In this document: piece after piece, positions 1-17,920 of the stretch
How positions within the stretch are numbered: the first letter of the stretch is position 1
Layout: each line of letters begins with the position of its first letter
Assembly (NCBI GenBank): GCA_009914755.4
Contig: CP086569.2
Coordinates: 4,128,001 to 4,192,000, forward strand
Source of the DNA: the human T2T-CHM13v2.0 reference genome, Homo sapiens
Direction: 5' to 3'
Length of the DNA stretch: 64,000 bases
Notes under the pieces: generated by a model
What the model saw: only the letters and a program-made list of their open reading frames with translations
Databases searched by the model: none
Told to the model about the DNA's origin: nothing
Translations under genes and position numbers: made by a program

Positions 1-565
1 GAATTGACAGAAGTAGGCTTCAGAAGGTGGGTAATAACAAACTTTACTGAGCTAAAGGAGCATATTCAAACCCAATGCAAAGCATCTAAGAGCCTTGATA
101 AGAGGTACAGGAGCTGCTAACTAGAATAACCAGTTTAGAGAGAAACATAAATGACCTGATGGAGCTGAAAAACACAGCATGGGAACTTTGTGATGCACAC
201 ACACAAATATCAATAGCCAAATTAATCAAGTGGAAGAAAGAATATCAGAACTTGAAGACAATCTTGCTGAAATAAAGCAGGCAGACAAGATTAGAGAAAA
301 AAGAAAAAAAAAAGTATTGAATTAAACCTCCAAGTACTATGGAACTATGTTAAAAGACCAAATCTACAACTGATTGGAGTACCTGAAAGAGATGGAGAGA
401 ATGGAACCATGTTGGAAAACACACTTCAGGATATCATCCAGGAGAACTTCCACAACCTAGCATAACAGGCCAACATTTAAATTCAGGAAATCCAGAGAAC
501 TCCAATAAGATACTCTTTGAGAAGGTCACCACAAGACACATAATCATCAGGTTCTCAAGGTTGAA

Positions 566-772
566 ATGAAGAAAAAAAATGTGAGGGACAGCCAGAGAGA
601 AAGTCCAGGTCACCTAAAAGGAAAGCCCATCAGACAAACAGCAGACCTCTCAGCAGAAACCCTACAAGCCAGAAAAGCGTGGGGGCCAATATTCAACATT
701 CTTAAACAAAAGAATTTCCAACTTAGAATTTCATGTCTGACCAAACTAAGCTTCATAACTGAAGGAAAATAA
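566..772 (+). pseudogene. L1 ORF1p C-terminal remnant (non-functional)
   Basis: ORF-track protein aligns to the L1 ORF1p C-terminus by recall of the consensus ('KGKPIR.TADLSAETLQARREWGPIFNILKEKNFQPRISYPAKLSFISEGE'). The ORF is truncated and the surrounding frame is disrupted. Confidence 0.8.
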
Positions 773-965
773 AATTCTCTTAAGACAATCAAATGCTGAG
801 GGAATTCACCACCATGAGGCCAGCCTTGCAAGAGCTTATGAAGGAAGCACTAAATAAGAAAAGACGAACTGGTAGCAGCCACTGCAGAAACACACTGAAG
901 TACAAAGACCAAAGACACTATGAAGAAACTGCATCAACTAGTCTGCAAAATGACCTGGTAGCATC

Positions 966-1503
966 ATGATGATGGGATCAAATTCACACATAACAATATT
1001 AACATCAAATGTATATGGGCTAAATGCTCCAATTTAAAGACACAGAATGGCAAACTGTAAAAGAGTCAAGACCCATTGGTGTGCTGTATTCAAGAGACTC
1101 ATCTCATGTTGAAAGACACACGTATGCTCAACATAAAGGGATGGAGAAAATTTACCAAGCAAATAGTAGAAAAAAATCAGGGGTTGCAATCCTAGTTGCT
1201 GACAAAATAGACCTTAAACCAACAAAGATCAAAAAAGACAAAGAAGGGCAAGACATAATAGTAAAGGAATTAATTCAACTAGAAGAACTAACAATACTAA
1301 ATATATATGCACCCAATACAGGAGCACCCAGATGTGTAAAACAAGTTTTTAGAGACATAAAAAAGACAGACTCCTTCACAATAACAGTGGGAGACTTTAA
1401 CACTCCACTGTCAATATTAGACATATCATCAAGACAAGAAACTAACCAGGATATTTGGGACTTGAACTCAGCTCTGGATCACCTAAACCTGATAGATATC
1501 TAA
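966..1503 (+). pseudogene. L1 ORF2p endonuclease-domain remnant
   Basis: Start 'MMMGSNSHITILT...' and the 1024..1503 ORF show 'ILNIYAPNTGAP' and 'GDFNTPLS' motifs typical of the L1 APE-like endonuclease. In-frame stops are present. Confidence 0.8.
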
Positions 1504-2439
1504 AGAACTCTCCACCCCAAAGCAGCAGAATATACATTCTTCTCAGTGCCACATGGCACTTACTCTAAAATTGATCACGTAGTTGGAAGTAAAACATTCC
1601 TCAGCAAATACAGAAGTACTTAAATAATAGCAAGCAGTATCTCAAACCACAGTTCAACCAAATTAGAACTTAATTCACTCAAAAGCACATAAATTCACTC
1701 AAAAGCACACAACAATATGGCAATTGAACAACTGATCTTGAAAGACCCCTAGGTAAATAATGAAATTAAGACAAAAATAAAGAAGTTCTTTGAAACCAAT
1801 GAGAACAAAGAGACAATGTACCAGAATCTCTGGGATGCAGCTAAAGCAATATTAAGAGAGAAATTAATAGCACTGAATGCCCCCATCAGAATGCTAGAAA
1901 TATCTCAAATTGACACCCTAATATTATACCTGAAAGAACTAGCAAACCAAGAGCAAACAAACCAAGAGCTAGCAGGAGACAAGAAATAACTAAGATTAGG
2001 GCATAACAGAAGGAGATAGAGACTAGAAAATCCCTTTATAAAATAAATGAATCCAGGAGTTATTTTTTTAAAATTAATAAAATAGACTGCTAGCTAGACT
2101 CATAAAGAAGAAAAGAGAGAATAATGAAATAGACACAATAAAAATGAAAAAGAGAATATCAACACTGACCCCATAGACATACAAACAACCATCAGAGAAT
2201 ACTATAAACACCTCTAAACAAATAAACTAGAAAATCTACCAAAAAATGGATAAATTTCTGGACACATACACCCTCCCAAGACTAAACCAGGAAGAAATCA
2301 AATCCCTGAATAGATTAATAACATTTTCTGAAATCAAGGCAGTGATAAATAGACTACCACCAGAAAAAGCCCAGGACCAGGTGGATTTACAACCAAAATG
2401 TACCAGAGGTACAAAGAGGATCTGGTACTGTTATAGGAA

Positions 2440-3183
2440 ATATAAAGAAATTATTTAGGTATACCGTTAGATTAAAGAGAGTCCCCAGGAGAAAATTTTC
2501 CTTCTAACAAAAAGCAGATCAGAAATTGATCCCTTTCTAACCACACACAGTTCAAAGACTAACAAAGAGCATTCTGGAAGATCAAGCTGTAAAACAAAGA
2601 TAAGCAACTCAGGCACACAGGAGGAGCTGCCTAGGTAATTACCAAAGTTCACATACATATGATGGGCTCCAGTAAAAACAGTGGGCCTTAACAAGCACAT
2701 TCCTTTCCCTTTCTTTAGGCACACTAAGATAGAGAAGCTGGAAGGTTACAAGGTGGGGGAAGTAGTGGGGGATGCCTGCAGCTGCAAGAAGTTTCCTGGA
2801 AACAGGCACAGAAACTGCCCCCTTTCCTTTCAGCACATGCAGATAAGCAGCTCAAACTAAGGACCTGCCTGCATGATCAAAGAATAGGGTGGGGGCTGCT
2901 AGAAACACTGCTCTATGCAGATGGCCCACCTGGTCCTAATGGGTTCTTCAGTCCCTATAAAGATAAGATGCCCCTACCTCACTATTTATTTATACAAATC
3001 CTGATATTTTTACTACAACCTGCAAACTTGTCCAGGACCCCTGTCTGTGACAGAGTTGTTCTTTCTTTTTGCCCATTAAACTCCTGCTCCACTCTCACTC
3101 TGTGTGCTGCATCCATGTCCATGATTTCCTCAGCTGTGAGAGCAAGAACCTTGGTACTTACCCAAAACAACAAGGCTGTTTTA
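2440..3183 (+). mobile_element. Unclassified solo LTR-like insertion (~740 bp) inside L1 ORF2
   Basis: The L1 ORF2 coding sequence breaks after '...QRYKEDLV' (ctggtac) and resumes at 'VPFLLKLF...' (3184). The insert has a TATA-like 'tataaagataag' (~2956) and 'cattaaactcctgc' poly(A)-signal/R-U5-like arrangement (~3075). Family not identified. Confidence 0.5.
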
Positions 3184-3237
3184 GTACCATTCCTTCTGAA
3201 ACTATTCTAAACAATTGAAAAGAATGGACTTCTCTGA

Positions 3238-3333
<96 letters not shown>

Positions 3334-5606
3334 TGACATGGTTTGGCTGTGTCCCCACCCAAATCTCATCTTGAATTTTCATGTGTTGTGGTAGGGACCC
3401 AGTGGGGGGTAATTGAATCATGGGGGTAGGTCTTTCCTGTGTAGTTCTTGTGATAATGAATAAGTCACAAGGGATCTGATGGTTTTATAAAAGGGGGTTT
3501 CCTTGCACAAGCTTTCTCTCTTTGCCTGCTGCCATCCATGTAAGACATGACTTGCTCCTCCTTGCCTTCTGCCATAATTTTGAGGCCTCCCTGGCCACGT
3601 GGAACTCTAAGTCCATTAAACCTCTTTCTTTTGTAAATTGCCCAGTCTCAAGTATGTCCTTAACAACAGTGTGAAAATGAACTAATACAGTGAATTGGTA
3701 CCAGTAGTGTGGGGCACTACTGTAAAGATACCCAAAAATGTGGAAGCAACTTTGAAACTGGGTAACAGGCAGAGGCTGAAATAGTTTGGAGAGCTCATAA
3801 GAAGACAGGAAAATGTGAAAAAGTTTGAAACTTCCTAGAGACTTGTTGAATGGCTTTGATCACAATGTTGATAATGATATGGACAATGAAATCCAGGCTG
3901 AGGTGGTCTCAGATGAAGATGAGAAACTTGTTGGGAACTGGAGTAAATGTGACCCTTGCTGTTTTAGCAAAGAGACTGGGAGTATTTTGTCCCTGCCCCA
4001 GAAATTTGTGCAACTTTGAACTTGAGGGAGATGATTTTGGGTATCTGGCAGAAAAACAAAGTATTCAAGAGGTGACTTGGGTGCTGGTAAAGACATTCAG
4101 TTTTAAAAGGAAGACAGAGCATAAAAGTTCAAAAAATTTGCAACCTGATGATGTGATGGAAAAGAAAAACCCATTTTATGGGGAGAAATTCAAGCCGGCT
4201 ACAGAAACTTCCATAAGTAAGGAGAAGCCAAATGTTAATTTCCATGACAATGGGGAAAATGTCTCCAGGGCATGTCAGAGACCTTCACAGCAGCCCCTCC
4301 CATCATGGGTCCAGAAGCCTAGGATGAAAAAATGGTTTCATGGGATGGAGACAGGACCCCCCTGCTGTGCAGCCTGGGGACTTGGTGCCCTGCATTCCAG
4401 ACCCTCTGTGCAGCCTAGGAACTTGGTGCCCTGCATCCCAGCCACTCTAGCCATGGAGAAAAGGGTACAAGCTCCAAGCCTTTGCAGCTTCCATGTGGTG
4501 TTGATCCTGAGGGTGCACAGAAGTCAAGATTGAGGTTTTGGAACCTCCACCTGGATTTCAGAGGATGTATGGAAATGCCTGGATGTCCAGGCAGAAGTTT
4601 GCTGCAGGGGTGAGGCCCTCACAGAGAACCTCTGTGGAAGGGAAATGTGGGGTTGAAGCCCCCACACAGTGTTACCACTGGTTGCCTGACTAGTGGAGCT
4701 GTGAGAAGAGGGCCACCATTCTCCAGACCCCAGAATGGTAAATCCCCTGACAGCTTGCACTGTGTGCCTGGAAAAGCCATAGACACTCAACACCAGCCCA
4801 TGAAAGCAGTCATGAGAGGAGTTGTACCCTGCAAAGCCACAGGGTGATGCTGCCCAAGACCATGGAAACCCACCTCTTGCATCAGTGTGACCTGGACGTG
4901 AGGCTTGGAGTCAAAGGAGATCATTTTTGAGCTTTGAAGTTTGACTGCCTTGCTGGATTTTTGGACACTCTAGATCCTTTAGCCCGTTTATTTTGGCCAA
5001 TTTCTCCCATTTGGAATGGCTGTATTTACCCAATACCTATACTCCCATTGTGTCTAGGAAGTAACTAACTTACTTTTCATTTTACAGGCTCATAGGCAGA
5101 AGAGACTTGCCTTGTCTCAGATGAGACTTTGGACGGAGGGCCTTTAAGTTAATGTTGAAATGAGTTAAGACTCTGGGGGACTGTTGGGAAGGCATGATTG
5201 TTTGAAACGAAAGGACATGAGATTTGGGAGGGGCAGGAGTGGAAGGATATGGTTTGGCTGTGTTCCCACCCAAATCTTATCTTGAATTCCCATGTATTGT
5301 GGGAGGGACCCCGTAGGAGGTAATTGAATGAGGAGGGCATGTCTTTCCCATGTTTTTCTCATGATGGTGAATAAGTCCTATGAGATTTGATAGTTTTATA
5401 ATGGGGAGTTTCCCAAAAGGAGCTCTCCCTCTTTGCCTGCTGCCATCCATGTAAACTGTGACTTGCTCCTCCTTGCCTCCTTGCCTTCTGCCATGATTGT
5501 GAGGCCTCGCCAGTCATGTGGAACTGTAAGGCTGTTAAACATTTTTCTTTTGTAAATTTCCCAGTGTCAGGTACATCTTTATCGCAGCAAGAAAATAGAC
5601 TAATAC
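3334..5606 (+). mobile_element. Full-length THE1-type MaLR (ERVL-MaLR) element: 5' LTR 3334..3689, internal 3690..5245, 3' LTR 5246..5606, flanked by ACATT target-site duplication
   Basis: Both LTRs start 'tgacatggtttggctgtgtccccacccaaatctcatcttgaatt' / 'ggatatggtttggctgtgttcccaccc' and end '...gactaataca', matching THE1 LTR consensus. The internal region starts 'gtgaattggtaccagtagtgtggggcactactgtaaagatacccaaaaatgtggaag' (THE1-int). Identical ACATT lies at 3329..3333 and 5607..5611. The element interrupts L1 ORF2 between '...ISLMNI' and 'DVKILNKIL...'. Confidence 0.85.
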
Positions 5607-5615
5607 AACATTGAT

Positions 5616-6333
5616 GTGAAAATCCTCAATAAAATACTTGCAAACCGAATCCAGCAGCACATCAAAAAGCTTATCCACCATGATCAAGTTAGCTTCATCC
5701 CGGGGATGCAAGGCTACTTCAACATACACAAATCAATAAATGTGATTTATCACATAAACAGAACTAAAGACAAAAACCACATGATTATCTCAATAGATGC
5801 AGAAAAAGCCTTTGATAAAATTCAACATCACCACATGTTAAAAACTCTCAGTAAACTAAGTATTGATGGAACATATTTCAAAATAATAAGAGCCATTTAT
5901 AACAAACCCACAGCCAATATCATGCTGAATAGGCAAAAGCTGGAAGCATTCCCCCTTGAAAACTGGCACAAGACAAGAATGCCCTCTCTCACCACTCCTA
6001 TTCAACATAGTATTTCAAGTTCTGGCCAGGGCAGTCAGGCAAGAGAAAGACATAAAGGATATTCAAATAGGGAGAGAGGAAGTCAAACTGTCTCTGTTTG
6101 CAGATGACATGATCCTATATCTAGACAACCCCATCATCTCAGCTCAAAAGCTCCTTAAGCTGATAAGCAACTTCAGCAAAGTCTCAGGATATAAAATTAA
6201 TGTGCAAAAATCACATGCATTTCTATACATAAACAATAGACAAGCCGAGAGCCAAATCAAAAATGAACTTGCATTTGCAATTGCTACAAAGAGAATAAAG
6301 TACTTAGGAATATTGCTAACAAAGGAAGTGTAA
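5616..6333 (+). pseudogene. L1 ORF2p reverse-transcriptase domain remnant
   Basis: ORFs 5616..6107 and 5956..6333 carry '[17 protein letters not shown]' and '[12 protein letters not shown]' (RT motifs A and C, FADD box). They are frameshifted relative to each other. Confidence 0.85.
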
Positions 6334-9292
6334 GACCTTTTCAAAGAGGACTACAAACCACTGCTCAAGGAAATAAGAGAGGACACAAACAAATGGAAAA
6401 ACATTCCATGCTCATGGATAGGAAGAATGAATATCATAAAAATGGCCATACTTTCCAAAGTAATTTGTAGATTCAATGCTATTTCCATTAAACTATCATT
6501 GACTTTCTTCACAGAATTAGAAAAACTACTTTAAGTTCATATGGAATCAAAAACAAGCCCATATAGCCAAGACAATCCTAAACAATAACAACAAAGGTGG
6601 AGGCATCATGCTACCTGACTTCAAACTATACTACAAGCCTACAGTAACCAAAACAGCATGGTACTGGGACAAAAACAGACACATAGACCAATGCAACAGA
6701 ATAGAGAACTCATAAATAAGACCACACATCTACAACCATCTGATCTTTGACAAACCTGACAAAAACAGGCAATGGGAAAATGACTCTCTATTTAATAAAT
6801 GATGCTAAGAAAACTGGCTATCCATATGCAGAAAATTGAAACTGGACCCCTTCCTTACATCTTATACAAAAATTAAATCAAGATGGATTAAAGATTTAAA
6901 TGTAAAACCCCAAACGATAAAAACCCTAGAAGAAAATCTAGGCAATACTATTCAGGACATAGGCATGGGCAAATAGTTCATGGAAAAAAAAAATCACATG
7001 CAATTGCAACAAATTCAAAAATTGAGAAATGGGATCTAATTAAACTAAAGATTTTTGGACAGCAAAATAAACTCTCATCACAATGAACACACAACCTATG
7101 GAATGGGAGAAAAATTTGCAATCTATCCATCTGACAAAGGTCTTATATCCAAAATCTACAAGGAAGTTAAACAAATGTACAAGTAAGAATCAAACAACCC
7201 CATTAAAAAGTGGGCAAAGAACATGAACAGACACTTCTCAAAAGAAGACACTTATCTGACCAACAAATATATGAAAAAAAGCTCAACATCACTGATCATT
7301 AGAGAATGCAAATCAAAACAACAATGAGATGCCATCTTATGTCAGTCAGAATGGTGATTATTAAAAAGTCAAGGAACAACATATGCTGGTGAGGCTATGA
7401 AAAAATAGGGATGCTTTTACACCATTGATGGGACTGTAAATTAGTTCAACCATTGTGGAAGACAGTGTGGCAATTCATCACAGCCTAGAACCAGAAATAC
7501 CATTTAACCCAGCAGTCCCATTACTGGATATATTCCTAAAAGAATATAAATTATTCCATTATAAAGATACATGCACACATCTGTTAATTGAAGCACTGTT
7601 CACAATAGCAAAGACATGGAATCAACCCAAATGCACATCAATGATAGACTGGATAAAGAAAACATGGTACATATACATCATGGAATACTATGCAGCCATA
7701 AAAAGAAATGAGATCATGTCCTTTGCAGTAACATGGATGGAGCTGGAAGCCATTAGTCTCAGCAAAATAACATAGAAGGAGAAAACCAAACACCCCATGT
7801 TCTCACTTATTAGTGGGAGCTGAACAATGAGAACACATGGACACAAAGAGTGGAACAATTACACACTGGGTCCTGTCGGGAGGGCTGGGGAAAAGAGAGC
7901 ATCAGAATAAATAGCTAATGCATGCAGGGCTTAATACCTAGGTGATGGGTTGACAGGTACAGCAAACCACCATGGCACAGGTTTACCTATGCAAAAAACC
8001 TGCATGTCTTGCACATGTATCCTGGAACTTAAAATAAAATATAATTTTTTAAAAAAAGGAAAATTCAGAAATTGTTTTGATAGAGACTTTTGTGGCTTAA
8101 CAACAGATGTATGTATTCAGTTGATAGTTTAAAATACTATATCCTGTTTTCCTTGATTTGTGAATTAAACTGTGAAAGTAAATTTTTAATGACAATATAC
8201 ATACTATTTGATTTCTCTTTAAACTTAGTCAAATTGTGGATAATATTAATATCTTAAAGTGATATTGACAGAACAAGCTGACTAACCACATATTATTAAT
8301 ATTATTTTAAAACTAAATTTACATAGCATGTTTTATATCAAGTGATTATTGAATAGATTATTTAAAGTGTTTAGAATTTTTAAATAGCCAGTGAAAATAA
8401 TTTGAAATAATAGATTATAAACACACACAGTGCATTACCTTATGAAAAGCAAGTTACAGACTGAAATAGCTGATTTGGCTTTTTCAGCAGCTTTTTCAAA
8501 TAAAATATAATTATACCATGATTGATATTCATTTATAAAAAGGATGATAATATTATCACACATTTCTACTTTACTGACATACATCTGTTTTATTATAAAT
8601 GGGTAATGGTTGTTGTTCAATGCTTTTCTGCATGTTTAGAGAAGAATATATGGTATTCCTTTTTTATTATTTAAACATGGTAAATTAAATTGATTGACAT
8701 TTGAATGTTAACCTGGAATTTCTCATATAAACCCCACTTTTTAATGCTGCATTATCACTTTAACTTTGCTTGTTTAAATTTGATAATATTTTGTTAAAAA
8801 TTGCATCAATACTAATGAACAACAGTTGTATACAGTTTTTGCTGTTGTTTTTGTTTAGAATATATATGTCTGGTTTTGATATCTGGATAATGCTGGCCTT
8901 ATAAAAATAATTGGAAAATGTTTCCCCCTCTATTTTCCAAAGTAGTTTTCTTAGCATTTATATTATTTTTTTCTTAAATATTTCATAGAATTCAACAGTG
9001 AAATAGGTTGGGCTTCAAGTTTAATTTGTAAGAATGTTTTAAATAATTCATTTTAATAGCTATAAGTCTATTAAGAAATTTGATTACTTCTTCAGTGTAT
9101 TTTGGCATTCTGTGTCTTTCAAAAAATTCTCCATATCATCTGAGTGGTAAAATTTAGTGGTTTAAATTATTTTTATTTGTGTTTTTTTAATGTCTGTAGA
9201 ACCTGTACGTTTATTCTTTCACTTGTGATGTTAATTATGTGTGTTTCTCCCATTTTTCTCTTAATCAGCAAAGGTAGACTGTATCAATTTTT

Positions 9293-9767
<475 letters not shown>

Positions 9768-10420
9768 TGATAATTTTTAGGTTTTGTTGGGGTGGAAACA
9801 GATTACTTAAGATTTTTTAAAATTTCTAATACAGCATTGAATGCCACTATTTTCCCTATAATCATTGCTGTAGCAGCATTTCCATACATATTTTTATGTT
9901 ATGTTTTTATTTCCATTTAATTTGAGATTTTTTATAATTTTACTTATAATTTCCTCTTTGATCCATGGAATTAAAACATTATTATTTAATTTCCTATTAT
10001 TTGGCATTTTTATCAGATAGTTTTTATTGTTTCCAATTTGACTGCATTGTAGTAAAAGAATCTGTATGATTTCAATCCTTTAACATACACTGGACTTTGT
10101 TTAATATCCAGTATATAATCTATTTTCGTGAATATTTCCTATGAAAGTTAAAAGGATACGCACTGTACTTTGTTGTTGTTGGATGGAGTGTCCTATAAAT
10201 GTCAATTAGTCTTTCATGGTTGATAATGTTGTTCAGGTGTTTTGTATTCTTACTGATCTTTCTGTATACTTGTTCCTATCCAGTACCCAAAGAATAGCAT
10301 TTGAATTTTCAATATTACAGTGATTTTGTCCCTTTCTCCTTTTAGTTTTAATCAGGCTTTATATTAGTAATTTTGAAACTGTATATTGTGCAGACACATT
10401 AGGATTTTCATGACTTCTTG

Positions 10421-10483
10421 ACTGGTTGACTTTTTCATTATATGAAATGACCCTGGTTGACTTTTTCATTATATGAAATGACG
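10421..10483. repeat. Local tandem duplication (~31-bp unit x2)
   Basis: 'ggttgactttttcattatatgaaatgac' occurs twice, separated by 'cctg'. Confidence 0.7.
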
Positions 10484-11367
10484 CTGTTTACTACTGGAGT
10501 TATTTCTTATTCTGAGGTCTAAACATTTCATTTTTATATCAACATTACAGCTTTCTTATGCTTAGGGTTTGTCTTATTTATCATTTTCTATGTTTTTTGG
10601 TTTTAAGCAAATCTATTACTGGTTAGAGTCAATTCCTTGTAAACAATATATAGTCAAGTGTTACTTTTTCTAACAGTCTGTTAATCCTGACTTTTCATAG
10701 ATGTGTTTATAGAGTTTACATTTAATATACTTACTGACATGTATAGATTGAAATTAATCATTTAGTTATTTGTGTTCTATTTATCCCGTCTGTTCTTTCT
10801 GCATTTTTCTATTTTCCTGCCTTCCTTTGAATTAAGTAGTTTTCAGTATTTTAATTTAACCACCATTATTTGCCTCCTGCTTATTTTTAGTGACCAATCT
10901 TGCATTTATAATATAAATATAATATAAATTAACATACAGATTTTACTTTATTCTTTATGTATAATATCTGACTGTTTAACACTTTATTTTCATTTGCCCT
11001 CTTCTGACTATTGTGTTATTATTGTCATGGAATTTATTACCACATATGCTATAAAATACACAATACATTGCTAATGTTTTGTGCTTTGGGTAATTTTATT
11101 TTAAAAATTGTTCAATGAGAAAATATATCTTTTGTATGGACCCACAAATTTATTTTTTTCAACACCATTCATTTTTTAGAGCGGATAAAAGCTTCCATCT
11201 GGTGTCATTTTTATTCAGTCTAAAGAATGTCCTTTAAGAGTTTATGTAACTCGGGTCTGCTGTGGAGGAATTTACTTTAGGCCCAACGTAGTTTTACTTC
11301 TAAGGAACAACACTTGAGGATCTCTACTGAGAGACATCATGTATTCAGAAGGTCTCCCCATGTTGCA

Positions 11368-14813
<3,446 letters not shown>

Positions 14814-15860
14814 GTTGCGGGAAGTCAGGGACCCCAAACGGAGGGACTGGCTGAAGCCATGGCAGAATAATGTGGATTGTGAAGATTTCATGGACATTTA
14901 TTAGTTCCCCAAATTAATGCTTTTATAATTTCTTATGCCTGTCTTTACTGCAATCTCTAAACATAAATTGGGAAGATTTCATGGACACTTATCCCTTCCC
15001 CAATCAATACCCTTGTGATTTCCTAGGCCTGTCTTTACTTTAATCTCTTAATCCTGTCATCTCAAAAGCCGAGGAGGATGTATGTCACCTCAGGACCCTG
15101 TGATAATTGCATTAACTGAACAAATTGTAGAGCATGTGTGTTTGAACAATATGAAATCTGGGCACCTTTAAAAAAGAACAGGATAACAGCAATATTTAGG
15201 AAACAAGAGAGATAACCTTAAACTCTGACCGCCAGTGAGCCGAGTAGAACAGAGCCATATTTCTCTTCTTTCAAAAGCAAATGGGAGAAATATCGCTGAA
15301 TTCTTTTTCTCAGCAAGGAACATCCCTGGGAAAGAGAATACATGCCTGGGGGTAGGTCTATAGACGGCCCCCTGGGTGTGGCCATCTTCTATGGTCTGTA
15401 GACTGTAGGGGTGAAATAGACCCCAGTCTCCCATAGTGCTCCCAGGCTTATTAGGAAGAGGAAATTCCCGCCTAATAAATTTTGGTCAGACCGGTTGCTC
15501 TCAAAACCCTGTCTCCTGATACAGATGTTATCAATGACAATGGTGCCCAAAACTTCATTAGCAATTTTAATTTCGCCCCAGTCCTCTGGTCCTGTGATCT
15601 CGCCCTGCCTCCATTTGCCTTATGATATTCTATTACCTTGTAAAGTACATGATCTTTGTGACCAACACCCTATTCGTACACTCCCTCCCCTTTTGAAAAT
15701 CCCTAATAAAAACTTGCTGGTTTTTGTGGCTTGTGGGGCATCACGGAACCTACCGACATGTGATGTCTCCCCCGAATGCCCAGCTTTAAAATTTCTCTCT
15801 TTTGTACTCTGTACCTTTATTTCTCAAACCGGTTCTCATAAAAATAATTAAGACATTGCT
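14814..15860 (+). mobile_element. Solo ERV LTR (~1.05 kb), family uncertain (HERV-K/class II-like or LTR12/13-like), inserted at the truncated end of the minus-strand L1
   Basis: Starts 'tgttgcgggaagtcagggaccccaaacggagggactggctgaagccatggcagaa'. An internal ~90-bp tandem duplication follows (14868..14960 and 14961..15050, 'gaagatttcatggaca.ttat...gcctgtctttact..aatctct'). 'gcttattaggaagaggaaattcccgcctaataaatttt', 'ccctaataaaaacttgctggttttt' (poly(A) signal ~15700) and 'cagctttaaaatttctctcttttgtactctgtacctttatttctcaa' match my recollection of an ERV LTR consensus. No flanking internal or PBS sequence is present, so it is a solo LTR. Confidence 0.6.
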
Positions 15861-17754
15861 TTCGATTTTAGTGAGAAAAATGGTCATAATTGATTGGTAT
15901 ATCTGTCATTTGTTCAAAATAGGGAGTAATACATATGGTGTATTTACTCACCCTGCATTAGAAAGTAATGTATATAAAACTGAACATACTCATCCAAATG
16001 TATTACATAATAGAATTTTCCTCCAGTGTCATTTTTGCTCCATTATTTTTCTAAATTTAAGAATTTTAGTAAGTGGTCATGCTATTCTTATGACATCACC
16101 AATAAACTCACTTCACACAAAAAGGCAATCACTATAAAATATGAAACGAGTTGATTTGATGTACTACTAAATAACTTTGCCCTCAGATACTCTTGTTCTA
16201 AATATTATAGTTTGGTATCTCCATTGGTTCCTTTTCTCAATTTCCCCCATGATTCCTCTTGAATTTATATTATTGTCTTATGCTACTTGTAAAATAATTT
16301 CAGTTTGTCTCTTTTGAGTCTATTTATCCCATTTCTCTTCCTCCTACTATTTTTGCTTATAAAATTAAAACAGATATTTAAAGCTCAAATGTTGAGAAGC
16401 CATGCAGTTAACATAAGTCTTTGAATTTAACAATACACGCTAAATTATCACCCTCAAGCATAACATATGCCCAGATACTTCGCCTCTTTTTCCAAGATTA
16501 GCATTCAATCACTGGGCTATATATAATCCATTTTATGGCCATTTTGCAATGCCTTAACTAAAGAAGTAATTACATTTAGTTATCAAGAAGTTATCTGCCT
16601 CATTATAGGCAATGGTCATTGGATAATCTCAGGTGTGATACTTTTGCCCAACTTCCACAGGATAAATTGACATGTGAGAGGATGGACTGGAGTAACTGTC
16701 CCAACTAGTTGAAAAAAGAGATAACTAATATTTTTCTTATCTTTTAAAAAGGCCTTTAAGATGTACTTTAACTTATATAATGGGCATCAAAAGAGATACA
16801 AGCTTGATGTAAAATGCTTTATAAGGCATATTTTATGCACTTATGTGTTTCTTATTTAAAGGAAAATCTGCATTACTGATATGCTATAAGGTACCCTCCA
16901 ACACAAGTGGATAAAAGTCTGTTTTGAATGCTTGGAGATACTTCATATGTCTTCTCTTTAGCTCTATGTTTTTCTATTTTTTAAAAGAGTTTATTAGACA
17001 GAAACAAAGCAAGAATTAACACTCCAAGTTAACACGCTTTTCTTGGTGCTTTACTATAACATAACTTGCAGATGGTGGGAAGAGGAGGAAATTTTGGATT
17101 AGATAATAATATTTACATAGCTCAGGCTTGTATACATTTTACAACATGTAAGCTGTGTTTGTGTTTCTGGTTCAATTAAAAGTATTTTGAAAACATTGCA
17201 TTTTTTGCTAAGCAATACATCTTGATGGATTAAGTGAAAACATTCAGAAAACCTTATTTGTATTTCATAGTGTTTCTATGACCTCCAGAAAGAAAATTGA
17301 AAGTATTTGGTAGTAATTTGTGAAGAATCACTTTTGGATTTTGGAAAGATTTTAATAGCTAGATATAGTGTAGATAAAATATTTCTGTAGAACTGCTATT
17401 TCCAAAGAATATCTAGAAGATTTCTGGATAGTTTCAGTAATAATGAAAGAGATAGAAAACTGTTTTTATCCAAAGTTCAAGAAAAATCTATTAAATGTGT
17501 ATTTTTTCTATAAATAAATAAGATCACTTTTAATAGGCTTATTATATTTTCTATGAAAGCTGATGACCCCAATATGACTATTCTTCATGTGGAAATATAA
17601 AATTTGAAAGTTGTGATGCTTTTATATATGTTGATATTTCTAGACTGGTAATCATATATACATTATATATATATATGCAAATATATTTACAACAAGAATT
17701 TAAAAAGCAAACATTTTTTTTCATATATGAAAATATACATTGAGAGTATCACCT

Positions 17755-17920
17755 ACTGGTTAGGACATGTGATGTGGAGTTAGACTGTTTAGTTTGAATC
17801 CTGGAGCAATCACTCCTTAATTTTGTGACCTTGATCAGGTTGCCTATTTTCTCTATATCCAGTGATCATTGCGTTAAATGAGAAAATAGAAAGCACATAG
17901 AAAATAGCTAAAATATAACA
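17755..17920 (+). mobile_element. MIR SINE fragment (ancient)
   Basis: 'gtttgaatcctggagcaatcactccttaattttgtgaccttgatcaggttgcctattttctc...attgcgttaaatgagaaaatagaaagcacatag' resembles the MIR core ('ttcaaatcccggctctgccacttactagctgtgtgaccttgggcaag...attaaatgagataatgcatgtaaag'). Confidence 0.45.

Noticed and set aside
3850-4533. 227-aa ORF on the plus strand, the longest in the window
   Set aside because: It lies entirely within the internal region of a THE1/MaLR element, a family that lacks retroviral genes. It has no recognisable domain, is Pro/Ser/Gln-rich low complexity in its C-terminal half, and repeat-internal ORFs of this length occur by chance.
8060-9290. Very AT-rich 1.2-kb segment between L1 and Alu, considered as a possible satellite or S/MAR
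   Set aside because: No periodicity or repeated unit is visible. It looks like ordinary AT-rich intergenic DNA. A matrix-attachment role cannot be inferred from sequence alone.
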